Source: Chlorobiota bacterium (GTDB lineage: Bacteria; Bacteroidota; Bacteroidia; Bacteroidales; VadinHA17). Taken from it: DNA of 64,000 nucleotides. Where the stretch lies: contig JAADHC010000072.1 in assembly GCA_013152085.1 (NCBI GenBank), positions 57,455 through 121,454 on the forward strand, in the 5' to 3' direction. Under the pieces are notes generated by a model. That model made no database searches. It was not told the DNA's origin and was given only the letters and a program-made list of their open reading frames with translations. Positions 9,937-19,564 of the stretch are shown here, one piece after another. The position numbers were made by a program, and so were the translations under genes. Numbering within the stretch: the first letter of the stretch is position 1; every line of letters begins with the position of its first letter.

Positions 9937-11301
9937 TCATGTTTTAAATAATTTTTTCAGGACTTCTTCAAGTTTGCGAACCGGAATGATACGAATGCCG
10001 GGAAAGTCAGATTCAAGTTTCCGGGCATTATACCCGGAGATCATGATTTGTTTAAAGCCAAGTTTTGTTGCTTCACGGATACGGTCAGCTATACGGGCGA
10101 CAGGACGTATCTCGCCGGAAAGTCCTATTTCGGCTGAAAAGGCGATATCATTGTCCAGCGGAACATCGAGCATTGAAGAGATCACAGCGGTAGTAACCGC
10201 CAGATCAATGGCCGGGTCATCGACCCTCAGCCCTCCGGCGATGTTCAGGAATACATCTTTCGAAGAAAGCATAAAACCGGCTCTTTTTTCAAGTACGGCA
10301 AGAAGGATAGCCAGGCGGCGGGGATCGAAACCGGTAACCGTGCGTTGAGGTGCGCTGTAAACGGCCGGGCTGACCAGCGCCTGGACTTCGATCAGGAAAG
10401 GACGTATTCCGTCAATGGTGGCTGCAGTGGCGATACCACTAAGCCGGTCGTCGAGGTGGGAAAGCAACAACTCGGAAGGATTGGTGATTTCTTTTAGGCC
10501 AGATTCTTTCATCTCAAAAAGTGCCAGTTCAGATGTGGAACCGAAACGGTTTTTCAATACCCTCAGCATCCTGAAGAGGTGTTGCTGATTTCCCTCGAAC
10601 TGTAAGACCACATCAACAATGTGTTCAAGAACTTTAGGGCCGGCAAGCGTTCCGTCTTTGGTAATGTGACCGATAAGCAAAACGGGGATACCGGTTTCTT
10701 TAGCCAGGAGCAGGAACCGGGCTGCAGACTCCCGTACCTGCGAAACACTTCCCGGTGAAGATTCAATCTCTTCGGAACGAATGGTTTGAATGGAGTCGAT
10801 AACAACCAGTCCCGGTTTGATTTTATGAATTTCGGTCGCAATGTTTTCAAAGAGGTTTTCCCCGTAAATCAGGCATTTTTCCTGATTCAGGTTCAACCTG
10901 TCGGCACGGATCTTAATTTGTTCGGGACTTTCTTCTCCCGAAACATAAAGGGTTATTGCCTTTCCGAGCTGCATGGCGATCTGTAATGCGAGGGTTGACT
11001 TTCCTATGCCCGGTTCTCCGCCCAGGAGGATCAGCGATCCGGGGACCAGCCCGCCACCAAGAAGCCTGTTAAACTCACCAATTCCACAAGTATGTCTGCG
11101 GTATCCCGAGGATTCAACTTCTGAAAGCGGTGCGGGCGGAAGTACATTGTTGCGGATATGTCCTTTACGTGACAATTTTTGTGTAGGGATACGTTCCTCA
11201 ACATAGGTATTCCATTCTCTACAGACGGGACAGTGGCCGACCCATTTGGGCGATTCGGCCCCACAATTCTGGCAGATATAGACAGATTTTGATTTTGCCA
11301 T
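9937..11301 (-). CDS. radA: DNA repair protein RadA (Sms)
   Basis: N-terminal zinc ribbon (CQNCGAESPKWVGHCPVCREW), Walker A (GGEPGIGKSTL), KNRFG motif and a Lon-like C-terminal domain. Confidence 0.95.
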   Translation of the reverse strand: MAKSKSVYICQNCGAESPKWVGHCPVCREWNTYVEERIPTQKLSRKGHIRNNVLPPAPLSEVESSGYRRHTCGIGEFNRLLGGGLVPGSLILLGGEPGIGKSTLALQIAMQLGKAITLYVSGEESPEQIKIRADRLNLNQEKCLIYGENLFENIATEIHKIKPGLVVIDSIQTIRSEEIESSPGSVSQVRESAARFLLLAKETGIPVLLIGHITKDGTLAGPKVLEHIVDVVLQFEGNQQHLFRMLRVLKNRFGSTSELALFEMKESGLKEITNPSELLLSHLDDRLSGIATAATIDGIRPFLIEVQALVSPAVYSAPQRTVTGFDPRRLAILLAVLEKRAGFMLSSKDVFLNIAGGLRVDDPAIDLAVTTAVISSMLDVPLDNDIAFSAEIGLSGEIRPVARIADRIREATKLGFKQIMISGYNARKLESDFPGIRIIPVRKLEEVLKKLFKT

Positions 11302-11556
11302 AGTGTTCAGGATATCTCGATAAAAATAATCTTTTATTTTCTGCAGTCAAAGAAGGAAACCGGATAAGAACGGAGAGTATTCTCTTTTACCCGCCATACC
11401 CGGGCTCCAGAAATGACGAAGTCGGATTGTAATGTCTATTTAGACAGCCTCATACATTATTGAAATATTATATGTTGAAATGCAGTTCAGGTAAGTAAAG
11501 AGAGAAATTAATTCCGGGATCTTGTTTAAAACCGAAGAACAAGTGAGTAATAATAA

Positions 11557-11628
11557 ATAAGTTGCGTGGTTAATGATCAAATAGTCCTCATAAGTTGCGT
11601 GGTTAATGATCAAATAATCCTCATAAGT
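11557..11628. repeat. 33-bp direct tandem repeat, 2 full copies plus a 6-nt partial copy
   Basis: ATAAGTTGCGTGGTTAATGATCAAATAGTCCTC (11557-11589) is repeated at 11590-11622 with one mismatch (G>A at unit position 28). ATAAGT follows at 11623-11628. The region is intergenic, between the UPF0104-like gene and radA. Confidence 0.9.
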
Positions 11629-11654
11629 ATCTACGTAGATTTAACTACGTAGTT
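11629..11654. repeat. Paired palindromes ATCTACGTAGAT-TT-AACTACGTAGTT (CTACGTAG-N6-CTACGTAG)
   Basis: Two 12-bp perfect palindromes sharing a CTACGTAG core. The 14-mer TTAACTACGTAGTT recurs exactly at 52571-52584. The second palindrome overlaps the last codons and the stop of the 11641..12666 ORF. Confidence 0.85.
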
Positions 11655-12666
11655 CTTGCTCTGGTTTTTTCCCTTTGTTGCGGATCAGAACGACCATGAT
11701 AACTGACCAGGCTCCAAGTAGAAGAACGATCAGGGTTTGAGACTCATGGGCGATGGTAGCAAGAGCCAGTCCGCTTTCACGGGAGATACCGTAAATAACC
11801 AGTGCGGAGGATACAATCCAGTGATAGGCTCCAATTCCTCCCTGAACAGGGATCATCATTCCCAGGCTTCCTGCCACCAAAAGAAACAACCCGTCAAGGG
11901 GAGATAAAACGGAAGTGTCGGGTAAAGTATATATTATAAGCCAGGCAGTGAGATAATACATGAACCATATCAAAAGGGAGAGAAGGATAAAACGCCCATT
12001 ATTTTCCATCCGGACAATGGTTTTTAGTCCGTCAAGGATGCCATGGAGGAAATCTTTGATTTTTCTGAACAGGGTAAGTTCCTTAATGCTTTTCCAAAAG
12101 ATGCGGGTTGCAATAATCAGGAAAACAATAATCAGGGCTGTACTGATTAAAAACCGGGTATTTGTCAACAACTGCTTGATATTATGAAAGACAGGTTGGA
12201 AAATTTCATGGGAAAAGAAATGTCCGAAAAATTTTATCTTTAATAAAAAAGTAAATATAAAGAGGAGGGTTACCGTGAGCAGGTCAACCGCTCTTTCAAT
12301 AATAACCGTACCAATAAGTTTATCGAAAGGAATATTATCTGTTTTAGTCAGCGAGCCGCAACGGACTACTTCTCCCAGCCTGGGTAAAGCAAGATTGGCA
12401 AGATAGCCGGACATTACGGCATAAAAAGTATGTATGGTTTTGGGACGGTACCCCAGGGGTTTGATCAGGAGGTTCCAGCGCATGGCCCGGAACAGATGGC
12501 TCATAATACCCACCGGGATCGTGATCAGGAGCCAGGCATACCGGGCATGTTTCAGGTCTTCAAAAACCCGTTTGAGATCAATGCCCCTGAAAGCAAGAAA
12601 TAGTAAAAACAGCGCTGTTGCGAAAAAAAGCAGAAAACGAAGAATACCAAGCAGCTTTTTTTTCAA
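11641..12666 (-). CDS. Flippase-like (UPF0104 / lysylphosphatidylglycerol synthase TM region) integral membrane protein
   Basis: 341 aa with about 8 predicted TM helices. The N-terminal pattern (RGIDLKRVFEDLKHARYAWLL) is typical of this family. The start is a TTG at 12666, with no in-frame ATG nearby. Confidence 0.5.
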   Translation of the reverse strand: MKKKLLGILRFLLFFATALFLLFLAFRGIDLKRVFEDLKHARYAWLLITIPVGIMSHLFRAMRWNLLIKPLGYRPKTIHTFYAVMSGYLANLALPRLGEVVRCGSLTKTDNIPFDKLIGTVIIERAVDLLTVTLLFIFTFLLKIKFFGHFFSHEIFQPVFHNIKQLLTNTRFLISTALIIVFLIIATRIFWKSIKELTLFRKIKDFLHGILDGLKTIVRMENNGRFILLSLLIWFMYYLTAWLIIYTLPDTSVLSPLDGLFLLVAGSLGMMIPVQGGIGAYHWIVSSALVIYGISRESGLALATIAHESQTLIVLLLGAWSVIMVVLIRNKGKKPEQELRS

Positions 12667-12676
12667 AGTCAGGGAT

Positions 12677-13030
12677 TTATTTTACCAGCTTGTTGGTTGC
12701 TGTGTCGGGGAATACCAGCGATGGTGAGAACGTCCGGGCTTCTTCAGGGGTAAGATAAGCGTAAGAAATGATAATGATCACATCTCCTACAGCGGCTTTT
12801 CGTGCAGCCGGCCCGTTGAGACAGATTTCACCGGAGCCGCGTTTCCCTCTGATAACATACGTTTCGAGGCGTTCGCCATTGTTAATGTTAACGACCTGAA
12901 CTTTTTCATTTTCCATGATCCGGGCAGCATCCATAAGATCTTCATCAATGGTAATACTGCCTACGTACTGAAGGTTGGCTTCAGTCACGGTAACCTTATG
13001 GATTTTTGATTTAACAACCTCTAACCACAT
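12677..13030 (-). CDS. panD: Aspartate 1-decarboxylase
   Basis: 117 aa. [30 protein letters not shown] includes the G-S self-processing site. Confidence 0.95.
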   Translation of the reverse strand: MWLEVVKSKIHKVTVTEANLQYVGSITIDEDLMDAARIMENEKVQVVNINNGERLETYVIRGKRGSGEICLNGPAARKAAVGDVIIIISYAYLTPEEARTFSPSLVFPDTATNKLVK

Positions 13031-13095
13031 AACGCAACAAAGATACGTAAAGTTTAAGTATGTTATGCAACATTTTTTGTTCTGTTACCCGTTAT

Positions 13096-13947
13096 TTATT
13101 CGGTTAATGCGATATTATCGATCAGACGCACATTCCCGGCCCATACAGCAATGCAGGCCTGTATTCCGGCGGGTTCATCCCACGTTCTTACAGGCATCAG
13201 GGTGTCCTTCCTGACGATTTCAAAATACTCGAGTTTCAAATAGTGCGATTGATTGATTTTTAATGTAACCAGCTTACGCAATTGTTCAACAGGGATATCG
13301 CCGGCTTTTTCAGCAGCCATTTTCAGGGTGGTATAGATCAGGGGGGCTTCTTTCCTGGCTTCCTTCGAGAGTAACTGGTTTCTTGAACTCATAGCCAGGC
13401 CGTCTTTTTCACGGATGACAGGACAGGAAATAATATCTACAGGCATATGGAGAATATCCATCAACTTCCGGATTACAGCAACCTGCTGAAAATCTTTAGA
13501 ACCGAAAAAAGCCCGGTCGGGTAGAATAATCTCAAACAACCTGCTGACTACCTGTGCGACACCGTTAAAATGTCCGGGCCGGAATTTTCCTTCCATAATT
13601 TTATCCAAAGGATCAAGATCAAAAACCCGTGTATCCGGTTCAGGATAAATTTCACTGACATCCGGCGAAAAGATTATATCATTTTCACTAAGTAAAGGGC
13701 TAAGTTTTTTAACGTCCCTTTCCGGATTTCTGGGATATTTTTCCAGGTCGTTGGGATCGTTAAACTGGGTTGGATTTACAAAAATGGAAACTACGGTGAG
13801 ATCACTCATCCGGCGGGAACATCGAACCAGTGATAAATGTCCTTCATGTAAAGCTCCCATCGTTGGAACAAACCCTACCGTAAGTTTATTTTTTCTGTAA
13901 CGGGCAATAATTTTCCTGACCCGGTTTGCATTGACGACCTGAATCAT
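13096..13947 (-). CDS. panC: Pantoate--beta-alanine ligase
   Basis: 283 aa with VPTMGALHEGHLSL (HIGH-like) and FGSKDFQQ motifs. Confidence 0.95.
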   Translation of the reverse strand: MIQVVNANRVRKIIARYRKNKLTVGFVPTMGALHEGHLSLVRCSRRMSDLTVVSIFVNPTQFNDPNDLEKYPRNPERDVKKLSPLLSENDIIFSPDVSEIYPEPDTRVFDLDPLDKIMEGKFRPGHFNGVAQVVSRLFEIILPDRAFFGSKDFQQVAVIRKLMDILHMPVDIISCPVIREKDGLAMSSRNQLLSKEARKEAPLIYTTLKMAAEKAGDIPVEQLRKLVTLKINQSHYLKLEYFEIVRKDTLMPVRTWDEPAGIQACIAVWAGNVRLIDNIALTE

Positions 13948-14057
13948 TCGTTTTTTTTGCGAAGTTAATTTTTTTGAAGGAATGTATAAAAATGAAATTT
14001 TTTAATGCAGACCAATGTCCTACTGTTGTGAAAATCTGAATTTTGAATATTTTTTAC

Positions 14058-14065
14058 TAACTTTG
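14058..14065 (+). promoter_or_regulatory. Candidate -7 promoter box (TAACTTTG), about 168 nt upstream of the GlgA-like gene
   Basis: Exact TAnnTTTG match in the panC/glgA-like divergent spacer. If used, it implies a long leader. Confidence 0.2.
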
Positions 14066-14233
14066 CACATTGTTCAGGTAATGGTTAATACTAAGCTAAA
14101 TATTTGATTCTGTAAGGAATACGACTATGTTACCCCATAAATTCCTTCAGATTCCGGCTTTAGTAGGATACGTGAACACCTGAAAAGGGGAAAAAGTAAG
14201 AAAGATCGGGCATCTTTCAAAAATATTCGATAT

Positions 14234-15058
14234 ATGAAGAATAATAAAATTCTTTTTGTTTCACAGGAAATTACCCCATACCTAGACGAGAATGAAATGT
14301 CTCGAAGAGGCAGGGTTTTACCTCAGGAAATTCAGGAGCGCGGGAATGAGATCCGGACTTTCATGCCCCGGTTTGGCGTAATCAATGAACGGCGCAACCA
14401 GTTACATGAAGTGATTCGTCTTTCAGGGATGAACATCATCATTGATGATACAGATCATCCGTTAATTATCAAGGTAGCCTCTATTCAGGCTGCGCGAATG
14501 CAGGTATATTTTATCGAGAACGAAGACTATTTTCAAAGGAAGCACGTTTTAACCGACGAAAAAGGGAAACCGTTTACGGACAATGACGAACGTGCCATCT
14601 TTTTTGCACGTGGGGTTCTGGAAACCGTAAAGAAACTGCGCTGGTCACCGGATATTGTTTACTGTCAGGGATGGTTTAGTGCCTTATTGCCTTTATATTT
14701 AAAGAGAGTTTATCATGATGACCCGATTTTTACGCAATCTAAAGTTGTTTACTCCGTTTACAACGATATGTTTAAAGGTGATTTCGGGGACGGATTCGAA
14801 GAAAAATTCTGGTTAAAAGGTATTGAAAAGAAAGATATGGATTTTGTAAAAAAATATGATTGGAACGGCATTATGCAACTTGCGCTTCATCACTCGGATG
14901 CCGTGATTTATGGAAATAAAGATATCCCTGCATCTATACGTGATTTTGTACATAAAGAAGAGAAACCCGTACTGGAATATCAGGAGGATCAGAATTTCGC
15001 GGACGCTTACGCATCATTTTTTAAAGATGTGCTTAAAGGAGAAATACATGTTTCGTAG
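14234..15058 (+). CDS. Half-size glycogen/starch synthase-like protein (GT5 N-terminal domain only)
   Basis: 274 aa. The N-terminus KILFVSQEITPY and the overall pattern resemble the GlgA N-domain. The KTGGL motif and the whole C-terminal Rossmann domain are absent. Confidence 0.6.
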   Translation: MKNNKILFVSQEITPYLDENEMSRRGRVLPQEIQERGNEIRTFMPRFGVINERRNQLHEVIRLSGMNIIIDDTDHPLIIKVASIQAARMQVYFIENEDYFQRKHVLTDEKGKPFTDNDERAIFFARGVLETVKKLRWSPDIVYCQGWFSALLPLYLKRVYHDDPIFTQSKVVYSVYNDMFKGDFGDGFEEKFWLKGIEKKDMDFVKKYDWNGIMQLALHHSDAVIYGNKDIPASIRDFVHKEEKPVLEYQEDQNFADAYASFFKDVLKGEIHVS

Positions 15059-16340
15059 GGGAAGAAACAGAACGCGACACTGGTTTAGAGTAGGTTGGTC
15101 TTTAATGATAACGGGTTTCGTTACCGTTTTCTTATTTTCTTGCGAAGATGAACCGACACAAATCGGGCTGGAATTCAAGAATGTTTTAAACCAGGTGCAC
15201 CCTGTCTATACGGATACATTCTCTATTTTTTCTTCGGTAGAAACCAGAGACACCCTGGTTACAGACCATGCAAATTTTGGTATTCTTGGCGATTTCGTTG
15301 ATCCGGTTTTCGGCCGTACCCGTGCATCATTTATAACTCAATACAGATTATCCTCTCCGTGGGAACCCGGTTACAATGCCGAAGTTGACTCAATGAAGAT
15401 ATTTTTTCTGAACAACGGCTATTATGGAAATGAACTGACAAAACAAACCATAAACATTTATGAATTATTGATGGATCTGGATCCGGATACGACTTACTAT
15501 GCAGATTTTAATGCCACAGACAGTATTTCCGAATGGCCCATAGGTTCAGCAACCTTTATCCCAACGGATAGCATCATCGAGGTGTTCCTGTCAAAAACCT
15601 ATGCCCGGCGTATTATACAGGATACAGCAGATTTGCATACCCAGGCGGATTTTATGAAAGCGTTTAAAGGTTTTTATGTCAACGTTTCCCCGCTTGGTAA
15701 TGACGGGGCTTTTATAAGACTGAATTTGTTAGCGTCCGAAACCTACATCGCCCTTTATTATCATAATGATACACATGATAATCTGAAGTTTTTATTTTAC
15801 ATCAATTCCTATGCGGTGCGTGTAAATCTTTTTAAACATTATTACAATGAAGCCCCGCCGGCTACTGCTATCCGTTATCTTGACCAGGGCATCGAAGATA
15901 CGGTTATTTATGCTCAGGGAATGGGGGGTGTGGTAAGTCGTCTTGATATTCCCGGGCTTGCTGCACTGCGGGATTCGGGTGATCTGATTATTAATTCCGC
16001 CCGGCTGGTATTCCCGCTCTCAAAGGATGATCCTGCAGGTGCCGGTCTTACGCATCCGGACAGAATAGATGTTATGGTAAAAAACAGTAAAAATCAACTC
16101 CTCTATATTATTGACAAAAAGTTCGCGGGGGATTATTATGGTGGAATATTTGATGACGGAACCGGAACATATAGTGTAAACATTACACGGCATTTACAGG
16201 ATTACATTAAAGGAGTTCACGACTATCATACTTTTTATCTTGTGATTCCTGACCAGTTGTACAATCCTTCGAGGGTTGTTTTTAATGGACGACTTCATTC
16301 AAATCCACTCAGGCTGGAATTATTATATACCCGGAATTAG
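15048..16340 (+). CDS. DUF4270-like lipoprotein
   Basis: The track ORF (14910..16340) overlaps the upstream gene by 149 nt. The ATG at 15048 gives MFRRGRNRTRHWFRVGWSLMITGFVTVFLFSCEDE, a lipoprotein signal, and an 11-nt overlap. The family call is from recollection of the conserved glgA-like/DUF4270 pair in Bacteroidota. Confidence 0.5.
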   Translation: MFRRGRNRTRHWFRVGWSLMITGFVTVFLFSCEDEPTQIGLEFKNVLNQVHPVYTDTFSIFSSVETRDTLVTDHANFGILGDFVDPVFGRTRASFITQYRLSSPWEPGYNAEVDSMKIFFLNNGYYGNELTKQTINIYELLMDLDPDTTYYADFNATDSISEWPIGSATFIPTDSIIEVFLSKTYARRIIQDTADLHTQADFMKAFKGFYVNVSPLGNDGAFIRLNLLASETYIALYYHNDTHDNLKFLFYINSYAVRVNLFKHYYNEAPPATAIRYLDQGIEDTVIYAQGMGGVVSRLDIPGLAALRDSGDLIINSARLVFPLSKDDPAGAGLTHPDRIDVMVKNSKNQLLYIIDKKFAGDYYGGIFDDGTGTYSVNITRHLQDYIKGVHDYHTFYLVIPDQLYNPSRVVFNGRLHSNPLRLELLYTRN

Positions 16341-16454
16341 TCGTTTTGTTCCGGAATATTCCACTTGTTTCTTCTCTCCACGATTGTTTCCACAGCACCT
16401 TTGCTTTTAAAATAAGGCAGATATTTTATACCTTTACTCTGCAGACCACCGGGT

Positions 16455-17165
16455 ATGGCAGAGTATAAAAATCTGAGCATTAAGCAATGGGCACTGGAAG
16501 ACCGGCCTCGTGAAAAGCTTATGGTTAAAGGCATTCAAAGTCTTTCGGATGCCGAACTTATTGCGATCCTGATCGGTTCAGGTACAAAAGAAACCTCTGC
16601 GGTAAGTCTTGCCCGGACGATTCTTCAGGAGAGCAGGAACAATCTCAATGAGTTATCAAAGATGTCGGTTGAAGAATTGTGCCGGTTTCGGGGTATAGGC
16701 AGGGCAAAGGCTATAGCCATTGTTGCTGCGCTGGAACTTGGCAGGCGCAGAAAACAAATGCCGGTACTGGAAAAGAAAAAAATTACCTGTAGCAGGGATG
16801 TTTTTGAACTTTTTAATCCGCTCCTTTCGGATTTACCACACGAGGAATTCTGGATTCTGCACCTGAACAGATCGAATAAGGTCCAGGCAAGAAAAAAAAT
16901 CAGCCAGGGTGGAATTTCCGGAACGCTTATTGATATACGGTTGGTGCTGAAGGATGCTCTGGACAACCGGAGCGTGTCACTTATTCTGTGTCATAACCAT
17001 CCTTCGGGCAATCTGCAGCCAAGTGATGCTGATATCAAGATTACCCGGAAGATTTTTGATGCGGCAAAAATGATGGATATTCAGCTTTTAGACCATATTA
17101 TTGTCGGAGAAGATACCTACTATAGTTTTGCCGATAAAAATCTGATCGGGACAAAACCACAATGA
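16455..17165 (+). CDS. radC: RadC-family JAB/MPN domain protein
   Basis: 236 aa with an HhH region (LSDAELIAILIGSG), a JAMM motif (HNHPSGNLQPSDAD) and a C-terminal LLDHII. Confidence 0.9.
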   Translation: MAEYKNLSIKQWALEDRPREKLMVKGIQSLSDAELIAILIGSGTKETSAVSLARTILQESRNNLNELSKMSVEELCRFRGIGRAKAIAIVAALELGRRRKQMPVLEKKKITCSRDVFELFNPLLSDLPHEEFWILHLNRSNKVQARKKISQGGISGTLIDIRLVLKDALDNRSVSLILCHNHPSGNLQPSDADIKITRKIFDAAKMMDIQLLDHIIVGEDTYYSFADKNLIGTKPQ

Positions 17166-17169
17166 TTTT

Positions 17170-17667
17170 TCAGGATGTTTTCGTTTTATCAAACAACATA
17201 ACTTCCAGCTCATCCGTACAGGAATCCAGCAATTGTTGTAGTGTCTGTTTCAGGACAGGGTGCTGCCAGCCAGGACAAATTTCTGTTGCCGGAACAAGTA
17301 CAAACCGGCGGAGATGAAGCCGCGGATGCGGAATAGTGAGTCTGGAATTCCGAATAATTTCCTGCCCGTAAAAAAGAATATCTATATCCATCGTGCGGGC
17401 AGCATACCCTTTTCCGTTTCTGGTGCGACCCATTTGTTGTTCAATCTGTAATAATTTTTTTAAAAGAACTGTTGGTGTGAAAGATGTTTCCATAAGCAAA
17501 GCCTGATTCAGGAAAGGAACAGGATAACGGAAACCCCAGGGTTCAGACTCATATAGTGAAGAAACTTTCAGGATACTGCCGGCTAAGGCAGAGATCGCTT
17601 CCAGGACGTTTCCCATTTGTTTTGTTCTGTTTCCCAGGTTGCTTCCGGTCAGAATGATGGATTGCAT
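17170..17667 (-). CDS. folK: 2-amino-4-hydroxy-6-hydroxymethyldihydropteridine diphosphokinase
   Basis: 165 aa with the HPPK pattern: LGSNLGNR..., EPWG, RTMDIDILFY, LTIPHPRLHLRRFVL. Confidence 0.9.
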   Translation of the reverse strand: MQSIILTGSNLGNRTKQMGNVLEAISALAGSILKVSSLYESEPWGFRYPVPFLNQALLMETSFTPTVLLKKLLQIEQQMGRTRNGKGYAARTMDIDILFYGQEIIRNSRLTIPHPRLHLRRFVLVPATEICPGWQHPVLKQTLQQLLDSCTDELEVMLFDKTKTS

Positions 17668-17774
17668 GGATCAAGGTTATCGAGCCGGGCTCGGGTTCAA
17701 AGATAATTACTGAAACATTTTTAAAACCCCCTGTCACATTGTATCTTTAGGGGATCTTTATAAAATCCAAAACT

Positions 17775-19541
17775 ATGAAAAGTTTTCTGAAATATACGCT
17801 GGCCACGATTCTGGGTGTTTTCATTTCAGCATTTTTGTTTACCCTGATTTCTTTTGGAATCCTGGGAATGTTGATCTCTTCGACTGAAAAAACGGTTGAG
17901 GTTTCTTCTCATACTGTTCTCCATTTTAAACTTAATGCCCAGGTACCGGAACGGACCCCTACTTTTCCATTTTCGAGTAATGGATTGTTTTCATTTGATT
18001 TTACCCCGATACCCGGTTTAAATGATATTCTGCATAACATTAAAAAAGCAGCGGCGGATGATCATATTGATGGTATATACATTGAAACGGGTTTAGGATA
18101 TCCGGGCATAGCCACCATCGAGGAGATCAGGAATGCATTACTCGCTTTCAGAAAATCAGGCAAATTTGTGATTACTTATTGTCCGGACATTTTGCTGCAA
18201 CCGACCTATTATCTTGCAACAGCTTCAGATAGTATTTTTCTGAATCCTGCCGGAATGATGCAATTCACGGGATTACGTGCTGAGATTATGTATTATAAGG
18301 AAGCGCTGGATAAACTGGGGGTTGAGGTACAGGTAGTCAAACATGGAAAGTTTAAGAGTGCGGTGGAACCTTATATCCGGAAAAATATGAGCAGTGAAAA
18401 CCGTGAACAGCTGGGCAGGTATCTGGGCACGGTCTGGAATCACATCCTTGATACTATTTCGGCAGACAGAGGCGTAACGGTAGAGGAATTGAACCGGCTG
18501 GCGGATAACCTGTCGATAAATTCGGCAGAAGCAGCTGTTGATCAATCTTTAATCGATGGCCTGAAATACAAAGATGAAATACTTACCCTTTTGCAAAACC
18601 TTACCGGGAGAGCAGGAAAGGATGTCAGGATGGTCGCCATGTCGAAGTACTCTTCTGTTCCCGATCCGGCAAGGCATGGTTTCCCGAAAGAAAAAATTGC
18701 CGTAATATATGGTGAGGGAGCCATAACAACCGGAATGGGAAGTGAAATGAATATTGGAGCAGACAGGTTTGCCGGAGCCATAAGGAAGGCACGGAAGGAC
18801 AGTACCATTAAAGCCATTGTATTGCGCATAAATTCTCCGGGCGGAAGTGCCCTGGCATCTGATATTATCTGGCGGGAAGTTATGTTAGCCCAGCAGGTAA
18901 AACCTGTGGTTGCCTCGATGGGAAATTATGCTGCTTCGGGCGGATATTACATCCTTGCCGCAGCAGACAAAGTGGTTGCCCAGCCCGTAACCCTCACCGG
19001 GTCTATAGGAGTTTTCGGGCTTATTCCCAATGCAGGCAAATTATTGAATCAAAAACTCGGAATTACCTTTGACGTGGAAAAAACCAACAGGTATGCTGAT
19101 TTCGGATCGATTTACCGGCCATTATCTCCCGGTGAAAGAGATTACCTGACCCTGCAGATCGAAAACACATATTCCACGTTTGTTACGCATGTAAGTGAAG
19201 GACGGAACCTGCGGAAAACCTTTGTCGATTCTATCGGCCAGGGCAGGATATGGAGTGGTGTAAGCGGGAAAGAACTCGGACTTGTCGATCAATTGGGAGG
19301 GATTGATGATGCCCTGGCATTAGCTGCTGATCTGGCAGGTATCGAAACATACAGGATTGTAGAACTACCCAAACTTGAAGATCCCTATCAGAAAATACTG
19401 AAACAACTGAGCGGTGATATCCACAGCGGTATTTTTACGGCCGGGATGAAAGAACTGGGTTGGAATGCAGATATTTTACTTGACTTGAAAAAGAAAGATC
19501 CTCTGCAGATGCGTCTGCCTTATGGCATAAGCATTCATTAA
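17775..19541 (+). CDS. sppA: Signal peptide peptidase SppA, 67K type
   Basis: 588 aa with an N-terminal TM helix and two ClpP/crotonase-like halves (LRINSPGGSALASD, AASGGYY). Confidence 0.9.
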   Translation: MKSFLKYTLATILGVFISAFLFTLISFGILGMLISSTEKTVEVSSHTVLHFKLNAQVPERTPTFPFSSNGLFSFDFTPIPGLNDILHNIKKAAADDHIDGIYIETGLGYPGIATIEEIRNALLAFRKSGKFVITYCPDILLQPTYYLATASDSIFLNPAGMMQFTGLRAEIMYYKEALDKLGVEVQVVKHGKFKSAVEPYIRKNMSSENREQLGRYLGTVWNHILDTISADRGVTVEELNRLADNLSINSAEAAVDQSLIDGLKYKDEILTLLQNLTGRAGKDVRMVAMSKYSSVPDPARHGFPKEKIAVIYGEGAITTGMGSEMNIGADRFAGAIRKARKDSTIKAIVLRINSPGGSALASDIIWREVMLAQQVKPVVASMGNYAASGGYYILAAADKVVAQPVTLTGSIGVFGLIPNAGKLLNQKLGITFDVEKTNRYADFGSIYRPLSPGERDYLTLQIENTYSTFVTHVSEGRNLRKTFVDSIGQGRIWSGVSGKELGLVDQLGGIDDALALAADLAGIETYRIVELPKLEDPYQKILKQLSGDIHSGIFTAGMKELGWNADILLDLKKKDPLQMRLPYGISIH

Positions 19542-19564
19542 TATCAGATGGGCTGCTACTGATT

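Noticed and set aside
9836-10348. 170-aa plus-strand ORF antisense to radA; similar cases at 4855-5340, 59313-59774, 60692-61126 and 62339-62761
   Set aside because: All are embedded antisense in genes with clear family motifs. None has a recognisable domain, a signal or a promoter box.
11557-11654. Possible CRISPR array or tRNA-like element in the radA upstream spacer
   Set aside because: There are only 2.2 directly abutting repeat copies with no spacers, and no cas genes. No cloverleaf-compatible sequence was found by eye.
14910-15047. N-terminal extension of the DUF4270-like ORF overlapping the GlgA-like gene by 149 nt
   Set aside because: The internal ATG at 15048 yields a canonical lipoprotein signal peptide. 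The extension has no signal-like features and would require a long out-of-frame overlap.
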